From Azolla caroliniana (taxonomy: Eukaryota > Plantae > Polypodiophyta), in NCBI GenBank assembly GCA_043228905.1, contig JBHGNT010000006.1:17608001-17672000 (forward strand): DNA of 64,000 nt, given 5' to 3'. Shown in pieces: positions 10,920 through 24,158 of the stretch; positions within the stretch are counted from its first letter, which is position 1; the number at the start of each line of letters is the position of its first letter. The notes beneath the pieces were generated by a model, which was given only the letters and a program-made list of their open reading frames with translations, searched no databases and had not been told where the DNA came from. The translations under genes were made by a program, and so were the position numbers.

Positions 10920-13409
10920 ATGGAGGAGCGGCAGATGAGGAGCCATAGTGTGGTGCCCCTCATGCTTCTTCTTCTTCTTCTATTATTGTTATCGCCCCTG
11001 CCCTCCATCTTCACACTGCCTCTGAATCCACCTCCTTTGGAATTGGAGTTGAACTTAGATAGAGCATCAGGAGCAGGAGTTGTGGTGGAGTCTAGTGGCG
11101 GCCGCAGCATTCCTGCGCTGTTCCTGTTCGGTGATTCGTTGTGTGATACCGGAAATGGGCCGTTCGTGAACCATCCTCGAGCCACGAGTCTTCCGTTTGG
11201 AATGACATTCCCTGGCTATGCTATCGGCCGCTTTTCTGATGGTCGGGATGTCGTCCCCGACTTCCTTGGTACTAATAATAGTTTAATATATAGTATGCTG
11301 TTTAGTAGTAGGAGTCATAATTTCTACTCTGGTTTGATACCTTTGAATTTGCATGAGGATTTATCCATATACATAATATATATATATATATATATATGGA
11401 TATGGGGAGAGAGAGAGAGAGAGAGAGAGATTTTGGTTAGGTAGCCACTCATTTCCTACATCCCCTAACCCAACCATTCTTTCTTAATCTGTATCTAGCT
11501 GAGCATCTGGGGCTTCCACCTCTAAATCCTTGGCTCAATGTCTTCCTCGACTTCGATCAAGGAGCAAACTACGCGATCCCAGGGGCGACCGCTATGGCAT
11601 CCCTAACACCCTTTGCGCTCGGGAAACAAGTCTCGTGGCACCTTGACCTCGTGGAGGAGGTCTACAATAGATCATCGCCATCACATTCAACACTATCAAC
11701 GAGGAGGACCTCCTTGGCGCAGCCTCGAAAACGGCTACCTACCGTTCAATCGCTCCACGATGCCCTCTATGTCATACAGATCGGGGGGTTGGACTACAGA
11801 ACTTATTATTCAGACCTGTATTATCCTCCAGAGTTTGTGAATGAAACAATTGTTCCTCTCGTTGTCGAGGAAATACGAGCCGGATTGGAGGTACTAACTT
11901 AGTGTCTACGATTTTGTGTTAGGCATTAATAGGTAAATTCTAGTTCCATTTTAATGTTAGCAGCGAGGGGTGACTCGCGTATTAAAACTCTTGTTGGCTT
12001 TTGATTTGGGTACAATTGCGCTGGTTAAGTAAGACACTCTACCATGAAGGACATGCGAGGAATTTCGTTGTTGCCGGGGTCGGAGCTCAAGGCTGCCTCT
12101 CGAGCACATTGTCCACATTCCTCAATATGACCAGAGATTTCCGTGGTTGTGCTATATCTGTCGATGACATCTGTAAGAACAGTCGCCAGCAAACGCTCAC
12201 AATGCTCAATGAACTTCATGAGCTACACCCCGATGCCAATTACACCTTTGCTGATTTCTACTCGGCCACTCACTATATCGTTGACCATGCTGAGCAATTC
12301 GGTACTATTCTATAATTCCACACATGCATTTGGAAACATATATATCTATTCGTGATTGTGTAGGTAAAAATAGCTCGACACGTCGAGGATTGTGTGTCAA
12401 TGTGCTCAAATATATGGTGTGTTTAAGATTACATAGGCTTAGAGTTTGGCCTTACAAAAGATGCCTTCTCTACAACACAAGGAGTGAGATTATGCAACTT
12501 TGACAGAAACAAATTCACGAACTGCTCAGCATCCTAGACATTGAACCAAAACAAATTTAGCATGTCCAAAATGAGAAGATTCCTATACACTAAAGCGGTA
12601 TTGGTCTTCACATTAAAGAAACGGTGTCATTTTTAAATTATGTTCCAAGGGACATAAAGGATGTGCATGTATTGAGAATTAAAGAAATTGTAAGAAAAAA
12701 CTCATATTTGGTATCCAATGGGAAAATAAAGACAAGCAACAATAAGTGATAACGTATGCATACTTATTAGTTGTCGGTCCATAGTCTATGAAATCGTTTT
12801 CAATAATAGTTGAACCATAGATCATTTTATCCGGACACCATCTATACACATGACTTTGTGGTTGTTAAAATAGTACATGGGCATATTTTGAAAAGCAAAA
12901 GGGTTCATTGGGGTGGTGGTGAATGACCATTGTCTCCTGATAAGTACCATGTAACCCTTAAGGCACAAGTATTTTGTAACTAGTTCGACAAATTTTTTAC
13001 ACATAACCATATGATAGTTGGGTATCATATGAAGAGGAGAAAGACAATGGCGATAGCCTCTAGATAGGGGATGGAATGTTACACAAGGAGTTAGAAGGTT
13101 CATGTATTGCTACTCAAATGTACTAACTGCCCTCAATTTTTGAATGTCATTGTAGGGTTCACCTCTCCTTTAGATGCTTGTTGCGGTGCTGGACCTTCAT
13201 ATCCATATGGATTTCATTATCCAAATTTCGTTTGCTCAAATGAGACAGAAGCATTGTATGTGTGCCCAAACCCTATTAACTTCATCAATTGGGATGGTAT
13301 TCATTTTACAAATAACTTCAATTTTCAAATGTTTAACCATACATTTTTAACTGGATCTTTCATGTATCCCATTGATGGACTATTGGGCAAGAGCGCTTCG
13401 AAAAAATGA
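10920..13409 (+). CDS. GDSL esterase/lipase (SGNH hydrolase), secreted, ~420 aa; exons 10920-11268, 11499-11890, 12034-12301, 13156-13409
   Basis: Leu-rich signal peptide, FGDSLCDTGN, GRFSDG, GANYAIPGA, IGGLDY, ACCG, WDGIHFT; GT-AG introns give one continuous 1263-nt frame. Confidence 0.93.
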
Positions 13410-13493
13410 ATAAATAGATAATGTGGTCTTAATAAGAGCTTATTAGTAAACGTTGTAGAACATTGACATTTTTTTTAATTACAATCATTTTTC

Positions 13494-13687
13494 TACCATC
13501 TTGTGTATTTAAGAGTTTTTTAAGAGGTTTGTTTAAAAGTAAGTTTATATTAGTAGTTGTAAATTACCAAAATACCACTTATTAGTAAGTAGTTGTATGT
13601 TACCATCTTGTGTATTTAAGGTTTTTTTTTAGAGATTTGTTTAAAAGTAAGTTTATATTAGTAGTTGTAAGTCGCCAAAATACCACG
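13494..13687. repeat. ~108-bp tandem duplication downstream of the GDSL gene
   Basis: TACCATCTTGTGTATTTAAG..AAAAGTAAGTTTATATTAGTAGTTGTAA..CCAAAATACCAC occurs twice. Confidence 0.8.
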
Positions 13688-13754
13688 TCTAAGTTTAAGA
13701 ATAAAGCAATTGATCACAATGTTTCTTTAAGACATTTGGATATGTTCAATAGCT

Positions 13755-14119
13755 AGGAGAACTCTCTTTTTTTTTAATAAAAGATTTTCTTCAATAGTAT
13801 TAAGAAAACAACTCCCGAAGGCTACAACTTGAACCTAGCTGCCTAGGAGGTTGCAACTTTTTATATACAATGATGTAAAATAACCTAGCACTAAATATCA
13901 AACTTTGTAGAAGGTGTTGAAATTTGTTGATATTCAAGAAAGATTCAATGGAAGTCGATAGTGCCATTGAGGCCCTTGAGTTGACATTGTAAACAGGGGC
14001 AACTTTTTTCATAAGTGAAGAAGCTTTTTCCTTCTCTTGTTCACAATGTCTGGGGAACCATGCATATTATCATACTGGCCATGGACAATTGCCAACTAGT
14101 TCCGAGGAGAACTCTCTTT
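13755..14119 (-). mobile_element. Short 5'-truncated poly(A) retroposon (L1-like 3' end) with 15-bp TSD
   Basis: AGGAGAACTCTCTTT at 13755-13769 and 14105-14119; poly-T directly inside the left copy. Confidence 0.75.
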
Positions 14120-14579
14120 AAGATAATAGTTGTATCATAATCTTACCAAAATGCCACTTGTAAGTTTAACAATGAAGCAAACGATTTTATTATTAATTTA
14201 GGAAATTTCAATATTTTCAATAGTCAGAAAAGTTGTCCATAAGATCGTGGTTGCAAATTACAAAAATGCTAGCAGTAGGTTTATTAATAAAGTAAATGAT
14301 AATAAAGTAAATTATCATGGTTCTAGTTTAAACGAATTTCAATGCTTTGGAAAGCTCTCATTGGAGATAGCCTAAATGAAAATACGCCATATTTTTGTCC
14401 CCATTTCATGTGAAGATGAATTGTTCTTCATGAATTGAATGGATTTGTATGTAAATAAATTTGTATAGCTTCTATAAATGGTAAAATCCTAAAGAGAATA
14501 CGTTCCATGTGGCATAAATCTACTGAAGTTGGCTCAATTATTCGCTTGCCCTTTAAACTCAATAATTCACAGTACTTTC

Positions 14580-15125
14580 CATGTTTATGAATAGTTTCCC
14601 TGTGCACGCAACATTACTCCCCCCTTTAAAAAAGTTCAAAAGTGTTTTCTTAAAGTCATCTCTTTCCCCTATGTGGCATCATCAATCATTTGATTAAACC
14701 ATTTAATATACTCCCATGGATTCAAATCCACCAAGCGTTATTGTTATTACGAGGCACATTTACCACACCACCAATGTCTTGATAGTGTTTTAAAAGAGTT
14801 ATTCCTCACTTTATGAACTTAAAAAAGTTGGCTCACTTCTTCTGATACCCTTTAAACATGTAGGGTATTGCCCTTATACGGTTGTGCATGGAAAAATACT
14901 CCCCCTTTTAAAAAAAAATCAAATTGCAACGAAAATGTAACGAGAACATGAAAAGTATTTTTTTAAAGTCATCTCTTTCTTCCATGTGCCATCATCAATT
15001 GTGTGTTCAATCCATTTAATCTATTACCTTGGATGCAAATCCACTAGGTGATATTCTAAGAAGTGGCCTTTGCCAAATCACCAATGTTATGATAATGTTT
15101 TGAAAGAGTTATTCCTCTCACTTAA
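14580..15125. repeat. Diverged ~285-bp tandem duplication
   Basis: TACTCCCCC-TTTAAAAAA, TAAAGTCATCTCTTTC, CAAATCCAC, CACCAATGT and AAAGAGTTATTCCTC each occur twice in the same order. Confidence 0.75.
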
Positions 15126-15321
15126 TGAGGATAACTATCCCTCTTTTTAAACTTGCATCCTTGATCCTTAGGCCATCACATGTACTTGTGATGTTTCAAA
15201 AACTTACGTTGTCATGATCTGGGAAGTGCAAAAGGGGAAAATAGTTAAGTGACGAATGTCAAAAAGGTTGAATGATAGATTTAAGGTTGTCATAACAAAG
15301 ACATAATTTTAAGTTGTTAAC

Positions 15322-15392
15322 AAAGGCTTACTTCAATTGGTAAAAGCTTGTGTTATGGGTAGTAGGTCAAGGGTTTGAAAGTCTTACCTTGA
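15322..15392 (+). other. Degenerate tRNA-derived (SINE head-like) remnant
   Basis: TACTTCAATTGGTAAAAGC (A box-like) .. AGGTCAAGGGTTTGAA (B box-like); AAGG/CCTT ends. Confidence 0.45.
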
Positions 15393-16639
15393 CAATAGAA
15401 GACTATGCAGACGAATGAATGCAAAGCTGAATACTATGGTAAGTTTTTTAAGCATTAGGCATCCTAGGGAAAAGTTTGGCTAAAATAAAAAAACACCTAC
15501 TAGTTTTATTCATGAAAGAGCCCGTTGAATATTATAAAACGGTGAAAAGAGCTCATTTTTTGGGGACGAAAGATAAAGACGTGGAAGTGCTAGCAAAATT
15601 TGAACAGAGAACTAGGGTGTGCAAAACCAAAATTGACACGAGATGACGCGGCCTTCGTTGGGACATTGCACCGAAACTTGAGGATCTCCTCTTGAAGCTC
15701 TACTCATGATCGTATCCTCTCCATATACTTTTATCTTCTTATCCTTCTTTCTTTGTCTCTTATTCACTCCATGTAAAAGAGTCGAGAATCTTCTCATTGT
15801 GCTTACACACCCTCATAAACTTATTATTGCTTACAACATTTTAATATAATATATATTTCTCTTATGATTTTTTAAAAATCCTGTTTTGAATATTTAATAC
15901 AAAGACATCGCGAAAAGGACCATGTTGGAATTTTTTGTTTGAAATTCAAAGCTTGGGACACAAAGTTACATGAATTTTGGTGAATTCGGTATATAACGGA
16001 TCATCGAACCGTCTCGCAAGAAAACTCATTACGTTCTGCAAAGGTGTCAACATGAGGATTGCGATGGATTTTTCGAATTTTAATTCCAATGATTGAGCGT
16101 GAAGTAGCGTCTTACCTTAAAACTTTTCAAGTCAAAGTAAAACCCGTCACACTGGCCAAAATTGTCTTCCCATCCATCGAACAACACTCGAGGGCAAGAG
16201 TGGGACACAATTCCCATAACTACCTCGACCCCTCCATGAGGGAAGGGTATTTCTATATTTTTTCATCCCCTTGATGAGGCTATACTTAAAATTTGGGAAA
16301 AGTAAACCATAATAAACATAAAAAATAAAAAGGACCAAAAAAATAAAAAATAAGAGCTGTTGAGTCTAAGGTTTAGTTCAATCTAAGGTTTAGTTCAATG
16401 TTTGACTCTTAGTCTTCGAGTTCAAGGGTGAATCTTTGACTCCTTTGAATCCTCTCATCCTCCGCTTCACTTGCTTGGCCGCTTGTCTGTTGTTGTTGCC
16501 GCCGCCCCACCTCCTTGCCCCACTATTGGTTGTTGTTGCCACCGCACCTGCTCAACCGCCACTTCCCATGAACACCAGCTACTATTGCATTTCCGCCATC
16601 CTCGTCTACTATCACGATTGTTGTTTGCTGCCTCTATAA

Positions 16640-17380
16640 TGTAGGGATGGTGACACGAGGCAAAAGATAATATAACAAGTAGAAGGTGAGGAACAACAGG
16701 GAATAACAAGGAACTTCATATATTAAAACTAGCAGGCTAGTATTACAACTACTTAATAATAAGAGTTAAGAGACGCAAGGATGTGGAGAGTAGAACCAAC
16801 CTTCCGGTTCCCCAACTTCCTCTTTATATAGTAGAGGAAGTGGAGGGAAACATGAGGTAGGCTTTTTGAAGTACAACTAACATGAAAATTGTTTACTAAT
16901 AATAACTTGTGGTGTGGGGTTATATTTGGTCGCTCTAATGATGTAGTTGCTCATTGTTAGCGAAGCAGTTAATTATAACTTCTAACATCCACCCTTAACA
17001 CCAACACCACCCTTGATGCCTATGTTTTGACAACATGACCAAGGTTTGGGAGAAGGGACTAGTTTGGTCAAAAACTCAGCCCACATGGTAAGAGTGGGAG
17101 TATAACCAATTTGCAAGACACAATCTTCAAATAATTCACACAAGAAATGATACCAAGCTCGAATATGCTTATTTTGATAAGTGATTTTAGGATTCCTTGT
17201 AATCTTTATGCATGATTTCTTATCACACCAAAGTCAAAACTTGGTAATGTGGATGATGTCGAGTTTTGAAAAAATAGATTGTGGCTAGAGACCCCCAGCC
17301 ACCAAAGTAGTTGCAATATATTCTGCTTCAGAGGAAGATAATGCCACAGTAGCTTGTTTGTTGGTTCTCCATTGAAAAAG
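16640..17380 (-). mobile_element. Old Copia 3' LTR (16640-16987), PPT and RNase H remnant
   Basis: TG at 16640, TAACA at 16987, PPT AAGGGTGGA on minus; KQATVALSSSEAEYIA motif. Confidence 0.7.
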
Positions 17381-19303
17381 TTAATATGCGGAAACTTCCA
17401 TAAACCAGCTCAATCGGATAACAATAGTGAAACAGAAATGAAGGTTTAATGGAAGTTTAAGAATACACAGTACATGGGAGAGACAGAGAGAGCATAATAG
17501 CATAAAAATACATTCAAAATAATAATGCTCGATACATACAAATGTCCTACAGAGCTTAAAAGGACTGATAGAAGTACTGACATGTACTTCAATGCTCATA
17601 CGAGTGACTGACACTAACTCCAAGGAATATGCCTACGTACTAGGTTCGGACCGTAGGCTCCAACGGCCTACCAGTTCTCACTATTCTGGAGTACAATCCG
17701 GTTCTCCGGTCTAGCTCTAGGTTCCCAATACCGATATATCCAGACCCTAATCCGGGTACCTATCCAGTTCTCCGTTCCAGACACTGATCCGGATCCGGTT
17801 TAGCTTGCCCGCTCAACACTCCCCCTCAAGCTCAACTTGAGGTTGGATCGCTATGTGTGTCCACTAGTCCTCTCCTTCAGCTCCTCCTACAGGCTTCCCC
17901 CCTTGCTCGCGCTCCTCGACCCATCCGGTCCCACGCACCTCGACCTTCTCGGTCGACTTGTCTGCTCATATGACCCTTGGCCTTAAGATAATGCGGCTCT
18001 TCCGAATCGAACATCTTCACCAAATCAGTTGTCTCCGATTCGTTCCTGCTCTTGTCTGAGTTGGTTGTCTCCAACTTGTCCTCAATCTTTAGACGCTTCA
18101 CGACATCCGACCATGTCCGTATCTTGGTCTTCTTTCCCTCCTTGTCCTTACCTCCCCCTTTTTCTGTTGGCTTTTGCTCCGACTTCCCTTTGTGGTCACT
18201 CTTGCGTCTGACAAGCCTCCACTTGTCCTTTCTATCAACACATGTCCATCCAGCCTCGGCTTCTTCACTCGATCCGTGCACTCCGACTTCTTCAGTCGGG
18301 TCGGAATCGAATTCAGTATCCGATTCAGGTTTCTAGACATCTTCTTTCTTGGGTTGATTCCGCAATTTGTTTTGAACATCTCTTCCCCTTCCATTCCTGC
18401 CCCTCAAGTTTGACATATCGAGGTGCAGCACACCAACCATGCCCGAAAAATGTTGTAACTTGTCAAGACCCAAGGGTTGGTGAAGATGTCGGCAAGCTGC
18501 CGATCCGTTGGAACATACAACAGTTCCACTTCACCGTAGAGGAGACGCTCACAGACCAAATGGTAGTCACCTCAATCTGCTTGGTCCGGGCATGAAAAAC
18601 AGGGTTCTTTGTCAGCTGGATGCTGTTGAGGTTGTCGCATTAGATTGTCGTCGGATCAGACACCTCCAACTATAGATCCTTTAGGAGCCTCTTGAGCCAT
18701 ATGGCTTCACATGTCGCGACAACCGCTACTTGGTACTCGGCCTCGGTGCTCGACCGTGCTACTGTGGGTTGCTTCTTACTGCTCCAGGTAACCGTAGTGT
18801 GTCCAAGTGAAAATGCATATCCGACTGTAGACCTGTGATCGTCGGCATTTCCCACCCAATCGGCATCCGTGTAGCCGACAAGCTGTCTAGCTAGACCTGT
18901 CTGATATAGCAACCCCCTGTCCTTAGTGCTACTAACGCACCTCAGTATTCGGTGCGCGCACTAAATGTGCTCCACGGTTGGATGTGCCATAAATGGATTA
19001 ATTAGTTCGACTGGATAACTGAGGTCTGGCCTGGTGATGGTAAGATATATGAGACATCTGACTATTTGTAGGAACCTTTTCGGGCCGCATGCCGTTACGG
19101 AGTTGGGGCGAAACTTCACATTCCGGTTGAGAGGAGTGGAGATGGATTTGCAATCTGTCATACTAAATTTGAAGATCATACTCAACAAATATGGCATTGA
19201 TTGATCAATATGCCTTCCAAGGTGTGGATCACTTAGATCCTGAGGAAGTAATGAAGGTCCTCAAGATCCTTCATGTCAAACGATGCCGCGAGTTCGGACT
19301 TGA
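17381..19303 (-). mobile_element. Copia family C: partial 3' LTR (~17381-17818), PPT, 3' extra ORF remnant, RNase H and RT
   Basis: YLTITRPDLSY, GYTDADWVG..RSTVGY..WSSKKQPTVARSSTEAEY; PPT GAGGGGGAG; cut by another LTR at 19304. Confidence 0.88.
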
Positions 19304-21645
19304 TGTTACGAAGGCACTACGGCTCTTCTGTGTGCACAATGGATCATGATGTGTTGGATCGTTCAGTGCTCAAGACAGAAAGGGGGAAGGGGAAGGAGGC
19401 TTACCTCTGCATAGTCCAAAAAACTTCTACTTCATTACACGCAGAGCTCAACTCGTTCTCGTCTGTTTTCTATTTTTCTGTTTCTTACTCTCTCTCCACT
19501 ACTCTCACTCTTCTACTTACTACTTACTACAACTTACTTTTTACCTGAGTACATAAGTGACTTATATATGCAGCTAATTAGTTGACAGTAGCTAATTAGA
19601 TGTTTGTAGCTAAATAGTTGTGCATAGCTAAATAGTTGGTTCACCTTTATGTCCACTAGTCGCTAATTAGCTAATAGCTATTATAGCTTATTTCTGAATA
19701 AGCATCACATAGCTTTGTTGAGCTTGCTTCTCAACACTCCCCCTAAAGCTCAACTTATCCTTTCTTGGGATCATCTTCAATCTTCTTTTCTTCGGGCTTT
19801 TCAACTACCATGCCGATGGTTATAACTCTCATCATGTCTCTAAACTGTGTATGTTTTTCCATGCTCAATCCCTTCGTAAGAATATCAGCCACTTACATAC
19901 AATAGATCCACTTCCCCATCAATCACTTTTTCTCTAACAAAGTGATAATGCACTTCGATGTGCTTTGTTCTTGCATGGAACACTAGGTTTTTTTCCAACT
20001 GAATGCTGCTCATATTGTCACACCAAATTGTGACATCACCATCTATATATTCTCCCAAATCAGAATTACTTTATGTTGATGATTTAGTCATCATTGGCGC
20101 CGACTCAAAGGAAATCAGCTGCGTGAAGTCTCAACTTGCGACATCATTTGAGATGAAGGACTTGGGGGACCTTCATTACTTCCTTCAGATCGAAGTAATC
20201 CATACCCCTAAAGGCATATTGACCAGCCAACGCCATTATGTGTTATACCTCTTCACAGGTAGCTCTTGCAACTCCTCTATAGTTAGCTACAGTACTTGAC
20301 AATGCAATAGTAGCCTTTTTCTTGCTATTCCATGAAATAACTGCACTTCCCAATGTAAACATATATCCACTTGTGGATCTTCTGTTAGTTTGGCTTCCAG
20401 CCCAATCAACATCTGGATATCCTTCTAGCTTTATGTCCAGATCAGCCCTGTAAAACAGTCCATAGTTCTGAGTAGCTTTTACATACTTCAAAATTCTTCT
20501 TATGTAGTCCAAATGTGGCTTTGTTGGTTGTTGCATAAACTGGCTGACTCATCCAACAACATGCCATACATCTGTATGTACCAAATCCAACAAATATTTG
20601 CTTACATGTCTTTCATGAGGGAAAGGCAACCTGTTTTGCTTTCCATATTGACATGCTTCACATATTTTTCCCATGTCACAATCTTTGAGCTTAGGCAGTC
20701 CATCCACTGCATCTTTCCTCAACATATTTTTCAATGTTTGCATACTTATGTGATCGATTCTTTTATGCCACATTTCCACTTCTGAGATAACACTCATTCC
20801 TTCTGTAAACATGGTTGTAAAACATCCTTCCTTCTCATTTTCCTTTTGCAATGAGCTTTCCATTTTTGTCTATGAAGCATCCACTTTGCTTAAACTTCAC
20901 TTGCATTCCTTGCTCTACTATCTGTCCAACAGAAATCAGATTTTTTGCAAGGTGGAAACATGCATAACATTCAACATATACTTTGTTTTCCCTTTTTCTT
21001 TCCACAATGGGATATCTCCAACATGCTCTATTTGGTGAGTAGTATTATCACCTATCTGTACATAACCAGGAATCTCTGGTTCCCTTAACCTTTCAAACCA
21101 ATTTTTATGTCCTGTCATATGATTAGATGCCCCAGAATCTACATACCACATAAACTCTTCATTGCATCTCTGTGAACATTCAGCCACTGCTGCTGTTTCA
21201 TGTTGCATAAAAAATGCACCATCTTTATCATAGTCTTCACTAGTTGAGGCATAATTATTTTGCTGTCTCTTCCCTCTTTTTTCATCATTTTGCTTTTTAT
21301 AACATTCAGCCTTTGCATGGCCTGGTTTTCCACAATACCAACAACCATCATCATTCAAATAGGTTTGCTTACCTCTTCCTCGATTGCTCCCCCTGCCTCT
21401 GATGTTGTTTCTTCCACTTACAGCCTGTTGTCCTCTTCCTTGATAACTATTGTTGTTGGTTCTAGCTAAACCAAATCTTCCATGACCTCTTCCTCGGCCT
21501 CTTCTAGCACTATTGTAGAGGGCTTGCCCCTCATTCTTTGAGTTTCCTTTGTTTACATTATCCATTTGATTTCTTTCTTCTACTACAAGCATTGAAACCA
21601 GATCTGGAAAACTTGGGATACTATCCCTTGTGAGAATAGATACTA
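19304..21645 (-). mobile_element. Copia family G, internally deleted: 3' LTR 19304-19736, RNase H, late RT fused to integrase N-terminus, protease, gag zinc knuckle
   Basis: TGTTACG..CAACA plus PPT; CWYCGKPGHAKAEC, WYVDSGASNHMTG, WHKRIDH..CEACQYGKQ, DLVHTDVW joined directly to VVG..SQFMQQPTKPHL. Confidence 0.88.
20064..20244 (+). pseudogene. Inverted Copia RT fragment (family C-like) embedded in the family G RNase H
   Basis: LLYVDDLVIIG..FEMKDLGDLHYFL on the strand opposite its host; resembles 19190-19303. Confidence 0.8.
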
Positions 21646-23274
21646 TCCCACCCTTTCCAAGTTGAAACCGACACCTCCAACATTGCCATAGGTGCGGTCT
21701 TGTCCTAGCCTGATGATGACGGCACCCTACATCGGGTCGCCTTCTACTCTCAGAAGTTTACAGCCCCGGAGATCAATTATCCGATCTACCACAAGGAGCT
21801 TGCAACTATCATCTCGGCATTTGCTGAATGGCGACCCTATCTGGCTGGGGCGCAACATCGTATTCAGGTGGTGACCGACCACAAGAATCTCATCTACTTC
21901 ACCACCACTCGTACGTTGAATCAGAGGTACGCTCACTGATCATCTTTTCTTGCCGACTACGAGTTCGAAATCTTGTTTCGACCCAGCGTTCAACATGGGA
22001 AAGCGGATGCTCTCTCTCGGCGACCCGATTTCGCATTACGCCCAGGTGATGGCGCTTATTCTCAGCAATCACATTGTTTATTGCGGCCCGATCAACTCCA
22101 CATGTTGCATGATGATTCCTTGCTCAATGAGATTGCCCAAGCAACCACGTCGGACCCTTTCGCTATTGACATCATGGCGCGCCTCAACAACCCATCCCAG
22201 GAAAGGCAAAGCTCGGATCTTAGTCACTTTACAACTCAGGATGGGCTACTCTATCGTAATCACCTCCTTTACGTACCAGTTGGCCGATGTCACCTCCGAG
22301 TTCTACAAACTTGCCATGATGATCCTCTTGTCGGAAACTTTGGGGTCGCCAAAACGCTGACATTGCTTTCTCGGGGGTTTTGGTGGCCTTAACCTTGGAA
22401 ATTGGTCAAAGAATTTATCAAAACTTGTTACGTCTGTGCTCGCTCCAAAGCGACTCATCATCATCCATACGGCCTTCTACACCCACTTCCAATCCCCCGT
22501 CGACCTTGGGCTTCTCTCTCCATGGACTTTATCACCGACCTTCCTTGAGTCGGTGACCATGACACAATGCTAGTGTTCATCGATCGGTTTTAGAAGATGG
22601 CTCACTTTATCCCATGTTCGAAAACCATTTCGAGGGAGGACACAACTACCCTTTTTCTGAAAAATGTCATCCGCTTACACGGTTTGCCTGAGGATGTCAC
22701 TTCTGATCGAGGTCCTCAATTTATCTCCCACTTTTGGCGTTGACTTCTACAAATATTCGGGACTTCTATGAACTTGTCAACCGCGCACCACCCTCAAACG
22801 GATGGCCAAACCGAAAGATTCAACCAAATGCTCGAACAATACCTTTGGTGTACAGTTAGCTACCAACAAGACGATTGGGTGGACCTCCTTATCATGGCGG
22901 AATTTGCCTACAATAACAGTATCCATGCCTCAACTAAGGTTTCTCCATTCTTTGCAAATGACGGTTTCCACCCTCGGTTCAACATTCCCATTCCGGAGAT
23001 ATCCATCAATCTGTCGGCCGAGAAGTGTGCCCACACCTTACAAGATGTTCATCGTGACCTCGCCCTCGAGCTCCGTGCCACTGGAAAACAATATAAAGCT
23101 CACGCTGACCGACATCTCTTAGTTGCGCCGACCTTTGCAATCGGTGACATGGTTTGGTTGCTATGTCGGCACATCACAACCACCCGTCCCTGCACGAAGC
23201 TCGACTACAAAAAGCTAGGTCCCTTCCATATCCTTGAGTGCGTTAACCCAGTCGCCTTCCGGTTATCGCTTGCC

Positions 23275-23543
23275 CCCAGATTTCGGCTTCATAATGTTTT
23301 CCATGTCTCTCTCCTCGAACTCTATCATCCTTCTCACATTCTGGGACGACAACCTCCTCCTCCGCCGCCTGTGGAATTATCGACAGGTGAGGAGTATGAG
23401 GTTCCCCCCACATTTCGGGTTCACAATGTTTTCCACGTCTCTCTCCTCAAACTCTATCATCCTTCTCGTATTCCGAGACGAAAACCTCCTCCTCCGCCGC
23501 CCGTGGAATTATCGACAGGTGAGGAGGTGAGGAGTATGAGGTT
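23275..23543 (+). repeat. 132-bp tandem duplication at the integrase GPY/F-chromodomain junction
   Basis: FRxHNVFHVSLLxLYHPS..[13 protein letters not shown] is encoded twice. Confidence 0.85.
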
Positions 23544-23759
23544 GACCGGATCCTCCACTCTCGCTTGCGTCGAGGGAGACTTCAATACTTGGTCTTATGG
23601 AAAGGTTACCCTCTTTTGGACGCCACATGGGAACCAATTACACATTTACAAAATGCACCGGAGGCAATTCGCGCTTTTCATCAACGATACCCCCATAAAC
23701 CAGTTGCGGGTGTTAGGAGGCGGCCTTAGAGGGAGGATAATGTCATAGACATATGCCAC

Positions 23760-23832
23760 AAAAGAAGGTAGGGATTGAACCCAAGACCTCATGGTCTCTA
23801 TTGGGCAACCCTACCACTTCAGCTACATATGC
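23760..23832 (-). promoter_or_regulatory. tRNA-like Pol III module at the LTR 5' end
   Basis: Minus strand: TAGCTGAAGTGGTAG (A box) .. GAGGTCTTGGGTTCAATCCCTA (T-arm/B box), then TTCTTTT. Confidence 0.75.
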
Positions 23833-24158
23833 ACCCTTGTATTTAATTCAACTTCATATAGTGTAGATTGAACATTGAAAGTTCCTAGATTGCATGTATT
23901 CTCATTTTCTAGCTTGCATGCATCCTCATGGATTCTGTATTGCATGCGTACTCTATTTCATGCATCCTCATGCGTACTCTATTTCTAGCTGGCTGACATA
24001 ACCCTACATTCTTGTATAAATACTCATGTGCACCTTGATTCTAACCAAGGTGAACAACACAAGTTACGGGTTCTATAAGTTGAGTTCTTGTTCTTTTACT
24101 CTCTCTTGTTCTCTAGTCTTATCTTTGTTCTACTCTATTATAATACTTGTCCATGACA

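Larger units (their letters stand above)
21646..24158 (+). mobile_element. Tcn1/Tf1-like chromovirus 3' half: RNase H, integrase, chromodomain, PPT, 3' LTR 23741-24158
   Basis: [34 protein letters not shown], chromodomain [21 protein letters not shown]; PPT AGAGGGAGGA; TGTCA..TGACA. Confidence 0.92.

Noticed and set aside
15600-16370. Possible DNA-transposon or Helitron remnant
   Set aside because: Could not find paired TIRs, a TSD or a convincing terminal hairpin by eye.
17610-17670. tRNA-like module in the family C LTR (TAACTCCAAGG..GGTTCGGACC)
   Set aside because: Weak A box and spacing too short; not counted among the cassettes.
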